Below are positions 43,151 to 56,611 of a stretch of 64,000 bases of DNA, piece after piece. Source of the stretch: Octopus sinensis. Lineage: Eukaryota. A program made the position numbers and the translations under genes. The notes under the pieces were generated by a model. That model worked only from the letters and a program-made list of their open reading frames with translations, was not told where the DNA came from and searched no databases. The stretch lies in contig NC_043003.1 in the NCBI RefSeq assembly GCF_006345805.1, forward strand, positions 9,610,001-9,674,000. Direction: 5' to 3'. How positions within the stretch are numbered: the stretch's first letter is position 1; the number at the start of each line of letters is the position of its first letter.

Positions 43151-43652
43151 TTAATTAAAGAAGACTCGTTGTACACAAATCGACCATCTTTTAATTACAT
43201 CTTACATAATTAGCCAAAGTCCTTCTGAAATCAGTTTCGACCTTCACCTTTCCGGCCAACACAAAATTTAGTGCCGGTAAAATAATCTTGTGGACTACTT
43301 CGACTCTTTCTTTGCCTTCATATTATTACTTTAATTGTCCAAACTATATATATATATATATATTATATTTTCATATGCAAATACCATATTATTTGTCGAC
43401 TTGATTTTGTGTAGGAAAATTGATTACTGAACAAAAATATGAAATAATTTTGTGTCTTTGTACACACAAACACACACACACACACACGCACGCAAACATC
43501 TCATACACACACACCCGCACCCATTCCCCTATCCAGAAACCCACGTATGTATATGCACATGTGTGTGTATGTGTGTGTGTGCGTGTGTGAGTGTGTGTAT
43601 ACGTGTGCGTACTTGTGTGCATATATAAATAATTAATTAAATAAATAAATAA

Positions 43653-43734
<82 letters not shown>

Positions 43735-44239
43735 TATATATAATATATATATATATTCTCTCACGGACCTTATAAAACTACAAGGAATTTAGGTGATTTA
43801 TGTTTATTTGTAAGTAAAAATATATGTAACGTTGTAAATATTCAAATGAAGTAGAGCGAAATTAATGAAAACATGCATAAATATATAAATAATTTTCTAT
43901 CCAATTATTTGGAAGTAAATGATTTCCACCGAAGACTTGCTTGAGAATTTAGTGTTCATATTTAAGATAAAGTTTTTTTCAATTCATATATTAGACGCAT
44001 TCTTGTAGCCTCAGCTCCAACATACACACACATACACACTCATTGGCACTTACAAGCGCTCACATGTGCGTGCATGTTCTACCACCTACGTCTTTTTTCT
44101 TTTTTACCTATTTGTGTAGGTATGAAGATATATTTGCGTATATCTGGACCATTTCAAATTGATATATACCAACATTTATAGCATATTACTAGATATTACA
44201 AAGAAAGCTCAGTGATTACCGTATGTGTATATTTGTGAA

Positions 44240-44580
44240 GGCGCATGGCTCAGTGGTTAGAGCGTCGAGCTTACGATCGTGAGGTTGTGAGCTCGAATCC
44301 CGGACCGGGCTGCGTGTTGTGTTCTTGAGCAAAACACTTTATTTTCACGTTGCTCCAGTTCACTCAGCTGTAGAAATGAGTTGCGACGTCACTGGTTTCA
44401 AGCTGTATCGACCTTTGTCTTTCCCTTGGATAACACTGGTGGCGTGGAGAGGGGAGGCTGGTATGCATGGGCGACTGCTGGTCTTCCATAAACAACTTTG
44501 CCCGGACTTGTGTCTAGGAGGGTAACTTTCTAGGTGCAATCCCATGGTCATTCATGACCGAAGGGGGTCTTTACCCTTTA
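44240..44580 (+). mobile_element. tRNA-derived SINE (family A)
   Basis: GGCGCATGGCTCAGTGGTTAGAGC...GCTCGAATCCC. Same body and GGTCATTCATGACC tail as the 5128 copy. Confidence 0.85.
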
Positions 44581-44929
44581 TATTTGTGTATGTGAGTGTC
44601 AAATATATTACAGCTAGTATAAAATTAAATATACTGATCTGTAGCTCAAAATTAACTAAAGACCTACGTTCCGATATATTCTGAAATACTTTTCTATAAA
44701 TAAATAAACCACAAGGCAGTGGGTATCTAATATATACAGTACATTTATTTCTTGTGTGTTTCAGCCATGCGGCTGTGGTCATGCTGGAACACTATCATGA
44801 ATTTGGATCTTTTCCACAGCCTCGTCATACGGTTGATTTCTTCTGCGCCGTGGGATTTCAAACCAGCACTCTTGCATATGCAGCTTTCATGGTTTATATT
44901 TAGTGCATTAGAAAGTTACCATTGTCTGT

Positions 44930-45330
44930 ACTTCATGCCGCGACGCTGGTTTATCTGGTATCGTGTATAGAAGAATGCCCAATTTCTTTTTGAGGACATC
45001 CATATCTACATTGTGTGGGTTTCATAATTCTTTTGGTAGAATATTGGAGAGTTGTGAGTCTTTGAAGCCCAAGCTATGGCATTACATGGCCCCCTCTTTA
45101 GATGAAGTAGACGGTACTGGCGTCCAGTAGAGGCATTTGTATAACTCTTGATGCTGTAGTTAGGTAGTTATCCTTCCAGATTTTGTCACACCAAAATTAT
45201 TATAAATTCCTTGCGTCTTCTCTCTAGGGAGTAAAGTCGTAGATTTGAGGCTCTCCCAAGCGCTCATCGCTGTACTGGGGCAACATTTTTAGTGTTGTAG
45301 CATTGGATTGCTGAAAGCTCCGCTAATAAT
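44930..45330 (-). mobile_element. 3' end of a CR1/L2-type LINE, decayed
   Basis: Remnants of LYSLERRR...IWKILEG...FNILPK...IPDKP. Confidence 0.6.
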
Positions 45331-45419
45331 TTCACACTACGTAGTGATCACACACTTTTAGAAAATAATTCATGTCTGTCATTGTTCATGACATTATCCT
45401 ATTAAACATTCATACGTCC

Positions 45420-45680
45420 CATATGCTCATCGACCATGGTCTGGAAGCAGTAAATATGAAGAAGTCTATATCTCCTGACAGAATAGCAATAGAATATTTC
45501 ATTAATTCCAGGTTAATACTGCATATATTGTAGACTCTCTTGGCGATAACGATAGATAGGTAGTTCTGCAGTTCTTTGCTGGGTGAACTTATCGTGGTCA
45601 AATGTTTGCGCTGTACATTAGCTCTCTCCGTCCATCGAATCGGCATTGCCTGTACAGTTCTACAGAGTATCGTACATCAT
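45420..45680 (-). mobile_element. RTE-type RT relic
   Basis: NYLSIVIAKRVYN resembles NYRGISLxxIAAKVYN. Confidence 0.35.
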
Positions 45681-45744
45681 ATGTGGAAGGTGAGCAACAG
45701 AAGCTTAACTGTACTATTCAAGAAAATTACGCATCGTCCGATCC

Positions 45745-45830
45745 GGGAATAGAAACCACGCTCATGCAATCTTGCGTGCAACATCTAAACCACTTAACCA
45801 CGCGCCTTCACATCGTGTATATAAATATAT
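45745..45830 (-). mobile_element. 5' tRNA-like head of a family-A-related SINE
   Basis: Reverse complement reads gtgaaggcgcgtggttaagtggtttag...gtttctattcccggatcgg. Confidence 0.55.
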
Positions 45831-46141
45831 GTGGGCGCGTATGTGTGTGAGTGTGTGTATGTATGTGGATGTATATATATATATGTATGATGAATCAATG
45901 ATGAACCGACCAGGCTATCAGATGTTGCTACACATCGCTGGTCACAATGTGTTTCGCATTGTTTTAGCCTGGAAATTACGCCACCCCGCTGGCTAAGCGA
46001 GCAGGCCCACATATATATATATAATGTGGTACAAGTATACAGGAAAAATATCTTATAAATTATAAATTTCATCTCATTGAAATTATTCCCGCTTTCATCA
46101 ACTTCGTATTTTCCATAATAAAAACGTATATATTTGGTAGA

Positions 46142-46251
46142 ATAACGACACGCGTTTCGTGGCTATATTTAAGAATTGATTATAGTAAAAAGATTAATTA
46201 ATAGTAGTAGTAAAATCACTTCGATATAAATATAGCCACTCATCAGGTTAT
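46142..46251 (-). ncRNA. type I hammerhead ribozyme, canonical core, extended stem II
   Basis: Minus strand reads ATAAC CTGATGA GTGGCTATATTTA-[55 nt]-TAAATATAGCCAC GAAA C-GCGT-GTC GTTAT. Stem I 5 bp, perfect 13-bp stem II, palindromic ACGCGT stem III, GUC triplet. Predicted cut between 46147 and 46146. Confidence 0.85.
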
Positions 46252-46282
46252 ACAATAATTAATTGATAAATATGCTTTAATA

Positions 46283-46322
<40 letters not shown>

Positions 46323-46432
46323 TATATATATATAAGATACTAAATATACATTAAGTGAAAACTAAAAAACATATTTAAATTCCATTACTTTAAATTAAAT
46401 ATGAATGTATATATATATGTATGCGTGTGTGT

Positions 46433-46473
<41 letters not shown>

Positions 46474-47086
46474 ATGTGTGTGTCTGTGTATGTGTGTGTG
46501 TTTGTGTATGTATATATATATACTTGTCGAGTAAGTCGCTTCCTGGTCTGAATTCCACCTAAAATTGCATAGGATATACACACGCATGCAAATACTCTGT
46601 CCCACACTTGCACGTACACACATACACACGCGCACACACCACATATACACACACACACATACACACACATACCCGTCCACATAGATTGATATAATTACAT
46701 ATTTGATTATATGGTGGACAATATTTACAAACTGGTATTTATTTGAAAGACAAAATTAACTTAATCGGAGGAGTATGAACGCAGAATGCAAGAAAATCCA
46801 CGAAACCATACCTATACATTTATTTATCTATTGCTTGTTATTGTTTGTATAATATATAATATATATATATATATATATATAATGTATATATATGTAATTT
46901 ATATTATTGTGTGTATATATATATTATATATAATATATATATATACTATATATATATCTATATATATAATATACATACATATATAAATGTATATATAGTC
47001 ACACATGCGCGCGCAAACACACGTACACACATTACACACTACAAACAGACACATATATGTATGCGTGAGTTAATGTGCGTGTGTGC

Positions 47087-47117
<31 letters not shown>

Positions 47118-48825
47118 AGCAATGGGGAAGTGGACAAAATATTATCAGAATGACAAGAAGGGCAGATGATATATCATTAACATATAGGTATTAATGAAAT
47201 GAAACATTTCTTGCAATCCCTCTTTTGTAATCGAAGAGAGAAAATAATCAGAGTATCAGTGGTTGTGACTCTGTTACCCACCGGCCATTTATATTTATTC
47301 TGTCTGAAACAGAATGAACAATCGGTAACAGCATAATTCTGTCAACTCTGATTTTTTCCCTTTGAATTTGCAATGAGGGCTCTTCCCAAAATTTTATATA
47401 ATCATTAAACGATACGTGCAAGGTAAGAAAATAACTTTACTCTTTGCCGTCTTTCTTTTTGTCATCACATTTACATATATTGGTAGATATTCATATTTAC
47501 ATTGCATACATGATTTTCAAATAGTTTACTTTCCAACATATATGCACACACAAACACACAGATACAGACTCACACGTAAGCGCGCGCACACACACACACA
47601 CAGACATACACGCACACGCGTACACACACGTATTTACTACACACACATACACTCACATGTATACACACACATATATATAGATATATATATACACACATAC
47701 ATGTGAGCGTTGTGAGCGTCTTCGCTTTTATATATATATATATATATATAATATATATATTATATACACACACACACCAACTTCAATGCTCAAAGATATT
47801 TTGAAATGGTACAAACACACTTGTATATATGTATATGCATATTATTTGCGTGTGTATATACATCTATATATGTATATGTCTATATATATATATGTATGTA
47901 TGTATATATATATATACGTGTGTCTGTGTGTGTGGGTGTGTGGGTGTGTGTGTGATGCATATACATTACTTGTACATATATATACCTGTGGATATGAAAA
48001 TATGCATTTATATTCATACATACACACATACATGCATACATACATACACATATACATACATATACACACATATATACACAAGTGAGTGTATGAGTGTATA
48101 TGTTGGTTGTTTGGAAATACCTTTGTGTAGCGAAGATAGATATAGAAGAATATGTAATGAGATGTACATGTATAATACGTTACACAGGTTGTTAGATGAT
48201 GCTAAAATAAGTATAATATTTGGAACTCCGGTTTTGAAATAGAAGAAATGAAATAATCACAGTGTTTGCTGAAATGTGTTGTTACCTAGAAGCTATGCTA
48301 GTCTGGCCTTATGATACCAGCACGTTTCTCTGTAAACCTTGATTATTTTTTTTCTATTTGAAAAGGCGAATCTTTTCCAAAGGACTACATCGGTAGTTTA
48401 CTACCGATGTAAGATACGCAAATATCACTTCTCTTTACGTCCATTTATTGATATCCAGTAAACATATTTAGACTAATTTTGCTAACTACATTGCTCAAAA
48501 TATTTATCAACATTTTACACCCTTTACACGCTTTACAATACTTCATGCAATGTGCAATATGAATATATGTATATTCATATTGATCGGTACGCGGCATTGA
48601 CAAATGACAACAATGATGTAACATCGATGTCTGTTGCTGCGAAAAGAAAAAAAAAGGATCTGGTGTGCGTTGTCTCACTAGGGTATGACCTGATTTCGGG
48701 TGCTTTTACACCGAGGGCTTTGATATCGTATTCTCTTACGCCTAAAAACACAGCAGCCCGACAAACTAACAACACACACATCTCATGAATGAGTGTTCGA
48801 TTTTGTATATATATATGTATATATA

Positions 48826-49066
48826 CTGTTGTGTCTGGGGAGAGTCATTTTCTTTTTGTGCCTTATAATGTAACACTCTCACCGGTAAAATTTCCACTTT
48901 TTTTCTTATTTTAATTTTCCTAAAATTTTCAAAACTATTGAAAAGACTACAAGACGCAACGAAAATTTTTAGGAAAATAAAATTAAGAAAAATAGTGGAA
49001 ATTTTACCGGTGAGTGTTTTACATTATAAGGCACAAAAAGAAAATGACTCTCCCCAGACACAACAG
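48826..49066. mobile_element. fold-back repeat, arms of about 105 bp, 30-bp spacer
   Basis: 48826-48930 is a near-perfect reverse complement of 48961-49066. TA-rich flanks. Confidence 0.75.
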
Positions 49067-49123
49067 AATATGCTTCAACACACGAACTCATATAAAGAAT
49101 CTTGCAAATCAAATCCCAAAACG

Positions 49124-49233
<110 letters not shown>

Positions 49234-49376
49234 CATGTACGTGTACAACGGTATCAGCGCCAAACATTCATTAGGCATGTGTTAATTTAAAATATGTTCG
49301 TGATACATTTCAACTTGTAAAGGCTGCTTACCAATGACAAAACGTGTTGATATATACTTGAGCAAGCGCATAAATA

Positions 49377-49420
<44 letters not shown>

Positions 49421-49489
49421 TAATGGTATGGCAGCAAAAGAATGAATGAGATGTCGATATTATGTAAATAGAGGAATTTATCTGTAATA

Positions 49490-49701
49490 TAATATGTGAC
49501 AATTATTCGGTTGCCATAATAAAACTCTGAGTTTGGGATGTCGGGGCGGACATCTGCTCCGGCATCTCATCAGTTATTAAGAAAATTTAAAAAATGCTCA
49601 TTTTTTGATTGTCTTAATAAACGAGGTCCCAGAGCAGATTTCCACCCAAATATCCGAAATTCGGAGTTTCATTTTGGCAACCGAATAATTGTCACATATT
49701 A
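49490..49701. mobile_element. 212-bp fold-back repeat with a decayed HHR motif in each arm
   Basis: Arms meet at AAAAAATG-CT-CATTTTTT. The left arm on - reads TAATAA CTGATGA GATG..CATC C CAAA CTC-A-GAGTT TTATTA. The right arm keeps GAAA at 49656-49659 but has lost CUGAUGA. Confidence 0.6.
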
Positions 49702-49702
49702 C

Positions 49703-49815
<113 letters not shown>

Positions 49816-50619
49816 GTGTATGTTTGTATGTAAATATGTATGACTGTATGCGCATATGTTTATATTAATAACTGTAAACTGAATAGGTATAATATGAACA
49901 GGTGGCATTCGCTGAACATTTAAGAAATCATTTCACAAGCGTAAATATGCTTTTACGCTTATCATGTGTATTCGTATTGTGTGTTTGTTATCGTGATTAT
50001 TTTCTAGGTAAAATTTAGCAAGCATTTCATTTATATCAAATATCGTCAGCAGGATTGGCTTTTTGTAAAAATTAGTTGAAATTTATATTTATTATTATGA
50101 AGTAATAGTGTTCCGATTTGAGGAATATACATAATTAGTTTGTAATGTTAGCCTAAAATCATACAGTAAGTCATTATCTGGGGAGTAAATAAGTTTTATC
50201 GGTTATACTGACATCAATACCTTATATTATTTTCTCCATATTCTTAGTGATGTATATTAAATAATTCAGCAAGCTATTATACATAATTCCACCTTGCTGC
50301 TTACATATCGCGCTGGTTTACACAGCTATAAAAAGTAGCATATAAATTGTGCGAATAGTTTTTGCTATTACGTCACTAACATTGCTGCCTATACTTACGC
50401 TAATGCTGCATATAATTGTCTAATAATTAACTATAATTTTAATACATTCCATTACGTAATCATTTTCTCATACATTAATACACAAACACATATTCTGAGG
50501 TTCTGAGGTCTCATATGTAATGTAGCACTCTCTATATTACTTTAAAACTGCCTTACAGATGAGACACATGACTCATATATATGTATGTATTTATATATAT
50601 ATATATATATATACATATG

Positions 50620-50680
<61 letters not shown>

Positions 50681-51001
50681 TTCACGCATACATCACAAAT
50701 ACAAAAGTTTATCGTATCAATAACTTTTCCTAATATATTTATCATGTTTCTATTCATTTATCTAATATCACAGTTACAGTATGTGACAATTTCCAAGGGT
50801 CCAGTAATTCGTGGTAAGTTTCATATATCATCCCATTTAACGAATAGGGACCTATTCTTTTGTCATATGTAACAATGGTATCATTTAATGTCAGTAATAT
50901 CCCTTCCCTGCCATTACCCTTGTTGCTTAGTTTTCCCTCGCTCTGGTGTTGGTATTAAAATTGAATTATCCCAAGCAATAGAATATATGTACATATATTT
51001 G

Positions 51002-51037
<36 letters not shown>

Positions 51038-51069
51038 TTATTATATATATATATATATATAATATATAT

Positions 51070-51170
<101 letters not shown>

Positions 51171-52498
51171 TATACGTACATGTAATTATGGCTGACTTTG
51201 TATGCATGTATTTTATGTTTAAATTTTTATATGTTGGAAAGTATGTTTATGTTTCCATTATTTTTATTTATATTTATTTTCATTATTTGGATATTACATA
51301 TTTATTTTAATAAGTTGATTTTCAGCTAAAAATAACGAAGATTAAAGTATACGGAGATAATGCCACGAAATAATTTTCCGATAAAAATTTTTATTTATCA
51401 TATATTTTATATAAACTAATAAGCATCTGAATTAGTAAAAATATAACGGTATTTGAATACTTATGCATTGCAATATATATTCAATATGTAGTTTTGAATA
51501 TCTATATTGGTTTACAAAGTGTTTATTTTTTATAGAAGAAATATAACTAAATTATCTCAGAATCAGCGAAGAGGGTTTGAAGCATTTTCGCTAACGTTCT
51601 TCATGAGTTAAAGATGTTTGAAATCATTATACAATTATTAATTCTGTTTCTTTATACGTTCAGTTAATTTATTTAAATTTTTAATCATTATTTTTCTTTA
51701 TTTACAATCTGATTTTTTGTACCAACAGTTTTAATTTTATATTTATGGAAGTCAAATTAACTTACACAGGAATTCCATAGTTGAATGCTCGTTGTATTTT
51801 AGTATTAAAATACTGATTTAACAACAAAACTAACCCATTTAATTTCATTATTTAAGTGTAATTTCAACCGATTTTTTTCCAGTTATGTCGACAAGTTATT
51901 CAATTACTTTCGGCCGATACTAACACTTTTCCCATACATAATCTTGATTATTCGAGTAAATAATTTTTGCTAACACATTTCAGCATTTCATTGACTAATG
52001 CATGTCTGTAACTTAGTAGATAAAGATATTGAATAATTCAGTAATAACTATGATTTCCAACATAAGGACGATATTTGGAAGTTTTGTGGCGAGATATTTA
52101 CAAATGTTCGTAACTTCTTCGAAGGCATTATAGAAGAAATATTACTTAAAGTGGAAAGGGAATGCCGATCGAAGAAAGCGTGTATTACATTTACTATCTG
52201 AGGCTTAGGTTATTGTATATTATGTGTGCAACACGTCGCTAGAAGTCCTTATAGAAATCAGTAAAACTCGATGTATGCTTTAATTATAATTCTAAAGCAA
52301 ATTCATCGAAATCTTACAGCTATACTTAAGCAAAACCAAACTATATTACCAGTATGTTTGTAAGTAGTGTTTCTCCAACATATATATCATTTAAAAAGCA
52401 ATGATAATATTTAAAATATTTGTCACATAGTTTTCTTTTTAATTCTTAGAAATATATCAAATATACATACACACATATACACACACACATATATATAT

Positions 52499-53012
52499 GT
52501 ACGAGGTCTCATCACTAAGTATCTGGACTGTTGCTATAGTAACGACGCTAAACCACGCAGAATGAAACCGCTTGGCACAGACGGACATTCCCCTCTGCTG
52601 TGCATGTGCATTGAGTGTTAAGGTTCTAGCTCACTTCCGCTGTTTACAGCAGTGCTTCGAAATAACGTGTGGTCGTCTCATTGACCATGACAGAGACAGT
52701 TGTTCTGGCAATACCTGCTCAGAGGCAGAAGGTGTATCGAGATGAGTGTATTAGCCGCATACAAATGTACGAGTGGTTCAAGCGTATCCAAGATGGCCGC
52801 AAAATATCGATATTGGCGAAAGTTCTGAGAGATATGCAACCAGCAGAACTGAGACTAACATCACAGACGTGCGTGCAGTTCTGAGGGGAAATCATCGAAT
52901 CACCATCCGTGAGTGATCAGAGGATGTACAGATTAGTTACGGTTCAGTCCATTATCACTGAATATTTTGGCATATGACGCGTGTCTGCCAAGTTTGTGCC
53001 AAAAATGGCACT
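52499..53012 (+). mobile_element. 5' fragment of a second decayed mariner
   Basis: TA-CGAGG start. Broken HTH-region peptides KVYRDECISRIQMYEWFKRIQDGR, RITIRE, VQISYGSVQSI and RVSAKFVPK. Confidence 0.75.
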
Positions 53013-53110
53013 CAGGTCTCAGTCATTCTGTGTCAAGCGGTTTCACTCTGCGCGCTTTAGCTTCTTTGTTGTGGCAACAATCCGGATACTTATTGATCAG
53101 ATCACGTATG

Positions 53111-53150
<40 letters not shown>

Positions 53151-53881
53151 CACATACATACATGTATATACATATATATCTTCATATATATACATATATA
53201 TAAATCTCTTCATATATCTATATGTATGTGTATATATAGGTATGTATATCAGATTAGTCACTAAGCCTAATCTTGTTTTTATCTACTTTCAGTAAACATA
53301 TCTACATCATACGTCATTCTGTTTTCTTATGTTTTATTTTGTCATCTTTCAGTTAACCTTATTTTTTACAAGGGCCTTTGCTTTCATTTATTCTTGCATT
53401 TTATGTTATCGTTTGGCAGCAATTATCTACTCTCCAACGTACATGGAACATTGGCTTTTCTTCTGATAATCTTCATTTTCATCTGCAGTTCGAAGAGTAA
53501 CCAAGAATATCTTCATATGCGCCACTTGTAATTATAATTGAAAAGATGTCTCTTTAATTCCTTTACTTCCATCTTTCCTTCCCTTAAATTTTAATTTTAT
53601 TGTGGACTTACGGACTTCAGTACATAAATTTCTTACTCGCCAACTGTATATATACATACATACATATATGTGTGCGTATGTATATAGATATATAGGTGTC
53701 TGTGTGTTTATGTGTGTGTATGTGTTAGTTATGTTATGTTCTGTTAAGAACGTAGAAAGTACCTTCAGATTTCACCGTGCTACCCAATAATAGTATTATA
53801 CTTGCTTCAGATTTGCATATGGGCTTCTGTAGTTTATGAATAAGTAATTGCATAAGTTAGTGTCAACAAAAGGGAGTACAG

Positions 53882-54308
53882 TTGCAATCACTACAATTGT
53901 TTCCACGCAACGTAGTTCTCTAGTCTTGCAGGTATTTGTTTATGCAATCGTTTCCCTACATTATGAGATCTAGCTGTGTTTTCTCATGCAATATATAAAT
54001 ATTGCCTCCATAAATTCAAATTCTCAGCTTCAACAGCATCCTATGTATATGTCGTGGTCAGTGGTTAGTAGTAGTCACTGAGTATATCAAGAGATGTGTT
54101 GTTGCTGAATGTCCTTTGGCAAACTGCAGCCAAACTGACATAGCAATAGGATGCACTTGAAGCCGAGAATTTGAATTTACGGAGATAATATTCATATGTC
54201 GTTTCAGGAAACACAACTAGATCTCATAGTGTAGGAAACTGACTACATAACCAAATACCTGCAAGCCTAGGGAACTGCGTTGCATGGAAACAATTGTAGT
54301 GATTGCAA
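53882..54308. mobile_element. fold-back or MITE-like element, arms of about 160 bp, spacer of about 100 bp
   Basis: 53882-54044 is the reverse complement of 54146-54308 at roughly 80-85 percent identity by eye. Confidence 0.7.
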
Positions 54309-55423
54309 ATAAATGTCCAACCCTACTCCTTCATGTTGACTCTAACTTATATATATATATATGAATGTTTATGTAAATGTATGTATGAAGTGTGTCTCTT
54401 TGTAGCTCTGTGCCCTCCCCATTCAATGATCGATTGTTTTACTCCTCAGCTACTCATCGAACAAGGTCGATAATACCAAAGAAATAATATAGGGTGATTT
54501 CTTCGACTAAAAGTTTGGGATGGAGTGTCACAGTGCAGCCACAGTGAAATGACCGACGAGTAAAAGATAAAAGATAGATGCATGTGTGTGTGTGTGTGTC
54601 TGTGTGTATGTGTGTGTGTGTGTGTGTGAGAGAATATGTGTGTGTGTTGTGTTTATGTAAGAGTCTTCGTCATTCTCCTTTTGCTCCCAATCAAAAGTGC
54701 TTCTACCATTTCCCTTATTATCAAATCCCTCCTCCGATGTTTTCGATGTCATACAAAAATATCGCATTCTGTATATTTTTCTGTTTATCATTTTCTCTAT
54801 AAATATATAAATTCCTAATCTATATTACAATTTTACTTCTCTAGCTCCCTACTCTTACTATCACTCGGAGTATCTTACCTCTCTGTTTATTCCGTCCTTT
54901 TTATGTTTTATTCTCCGCTCAATTGAATAACACGATTGAATAACTTTCCCTCTTCACCTGATATACTGTCAGTAAGCGTCTTTATATATTTTTTATTTAA
55001 TCCAGCTCGTAATTAATTCTCTGTTCTAATTTTTGATTGTCAGACGATGTTTTCTTCTTCCAATTTACTGGAGCTTGACAGAAAGAGATAGAGCAGCAAA
55101 CGGAATTTGACACGGGGCTTGGTTTATACACACCCATAGACATACATAAATACACATTACACATACGCGCACAAGTATTTATGTATTGTATACGTGTCTG
55201 CGTATTCACGCCAACACTATCACTACATACAGTAATCCTAAACCTTACCCTAACCTTCTTTCATAGTACTTGCACTTAACTGAATAGACACGGGAATTGG
55301 CTGTGTATATGCATACACACAAACATACGTATAATACGTATACACACATCATTTAGAAACACGTGTACAACGACAAAAGTAAACCTCATTATATATATAT
55401 ACATATAGATAGATAGATAGATG

Positions 55424-55459
<36 letters not shown>

Positions 55460-55460
55460 T

Positions 55461-55491
<31 letters not shown>

Positions 55492-56014
55492 CAGAGACAG
55501 ACGGGTATCATATGCCTGTGTATTCGTTTCAATATATGACTAAATTGTTTATTTGTTAGACACTTCACAACTGGTTAACAGAAGACCGATATTAAACGAG
55601 AAGTAACAAAATTTGTGATTAAAATATGCACAGTTAAAATTAGTTTCGGCCACTATCCCTCTCACTTTCCTCAAACAGGAAGGTTGCGCCATGCATGGTA
55701 GCTGTCCAAAAACTGGTATATCCAAAGTTATGAACCAATATCTTGCATAATATGTTGGATGTTATCTTTAAATTGTGTACAAAAGGCAATCAACAGTGTT
55801 TTACACACCTGGAGGTACTTTATTCTGATTAACAGCAGTATTAGCAGAAATCAATCGTACCTTTATCGATATGATACATTTTGTGGTGCAATTCTGTAAA
55901 TGTAACTTGCTTATTGAAAACTATCCAGTGGTATGTCGCCTTTTGTAAAATATGCACGTCAAATTTCTCATAATTGAATGGCGTAAAAGAATTATTATTA
56001 TTACTATTACTATT

Positions 56015-56560
56015 GAGTGAGAGAGTAGTGCATGCAATCAAAGTGACACTGGGGTATAATATACGAAGTCCATTATACCCGCCATGACTACCCACTGATA
56101 AAGGTACACCAGGTACTTGCATCACAAACATATGTGTACGGCATAGTGATCTCATATCAACATAAACAGTGCACGACTTTGCAGGTGGGGACCAGTTAGA
56201 AATTCATTCAGGGCGAGTAGCCCATCCCGCTCAAAAGGTCCCTGAATATGGGTTGTTTAAGGATGTTGAACGAAACACCCACCATTCCAGAGATGAATTA
56301 TTCAAACCTCAAAGAATTCCTCTCAACAAATGGCTATGATACTTCCCAACTACTTCTGCCCGTGATCAGAGATACACATATGGTCAGCCAGTAAGGGGCA
56401 TGCTCAACTAGTTAAGGTCAAGCAACTGACAAACAAATCTGAGATGTTAAGCAGAATATTTGCTGTAGCCCAACTTCTATACCAGGACGCAAAATGTACA
56501 TGATAACACTTCCAAGATTAGAAGCCATGCAAGCCACTGCCTGGTACTGCATCAGGGCGT
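56015..56560 (-). mobile_element. non-coding interspersed element of about 545 bp bounded by TAA-type arrays (family C)
   Basis: Homologous to 62789-63145 (same end, CTCTCTCACTCAATAAT) and to 63894-64000 (opposite end, GCCCTG...CCAGGCAGTGGC). Confidence 0.8.
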
Positions 56561-56564
56561 ATAT

Positions 56565-56611
<47 letters not shown>

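Noticed and set aside
48386-48411. Perfect 11-bp hairpin TACATCGGTAG-TTTA-CTACCGATGTA
   Set aside because: Isolated, with no associated motif or second copy. No function can be supported.
50010-50055. CCTG CTGACGA T-ATTTG-ATA-TAAAT GAAA on -
   Set aside because: Stem III is mismatched and there is no stem I partner.
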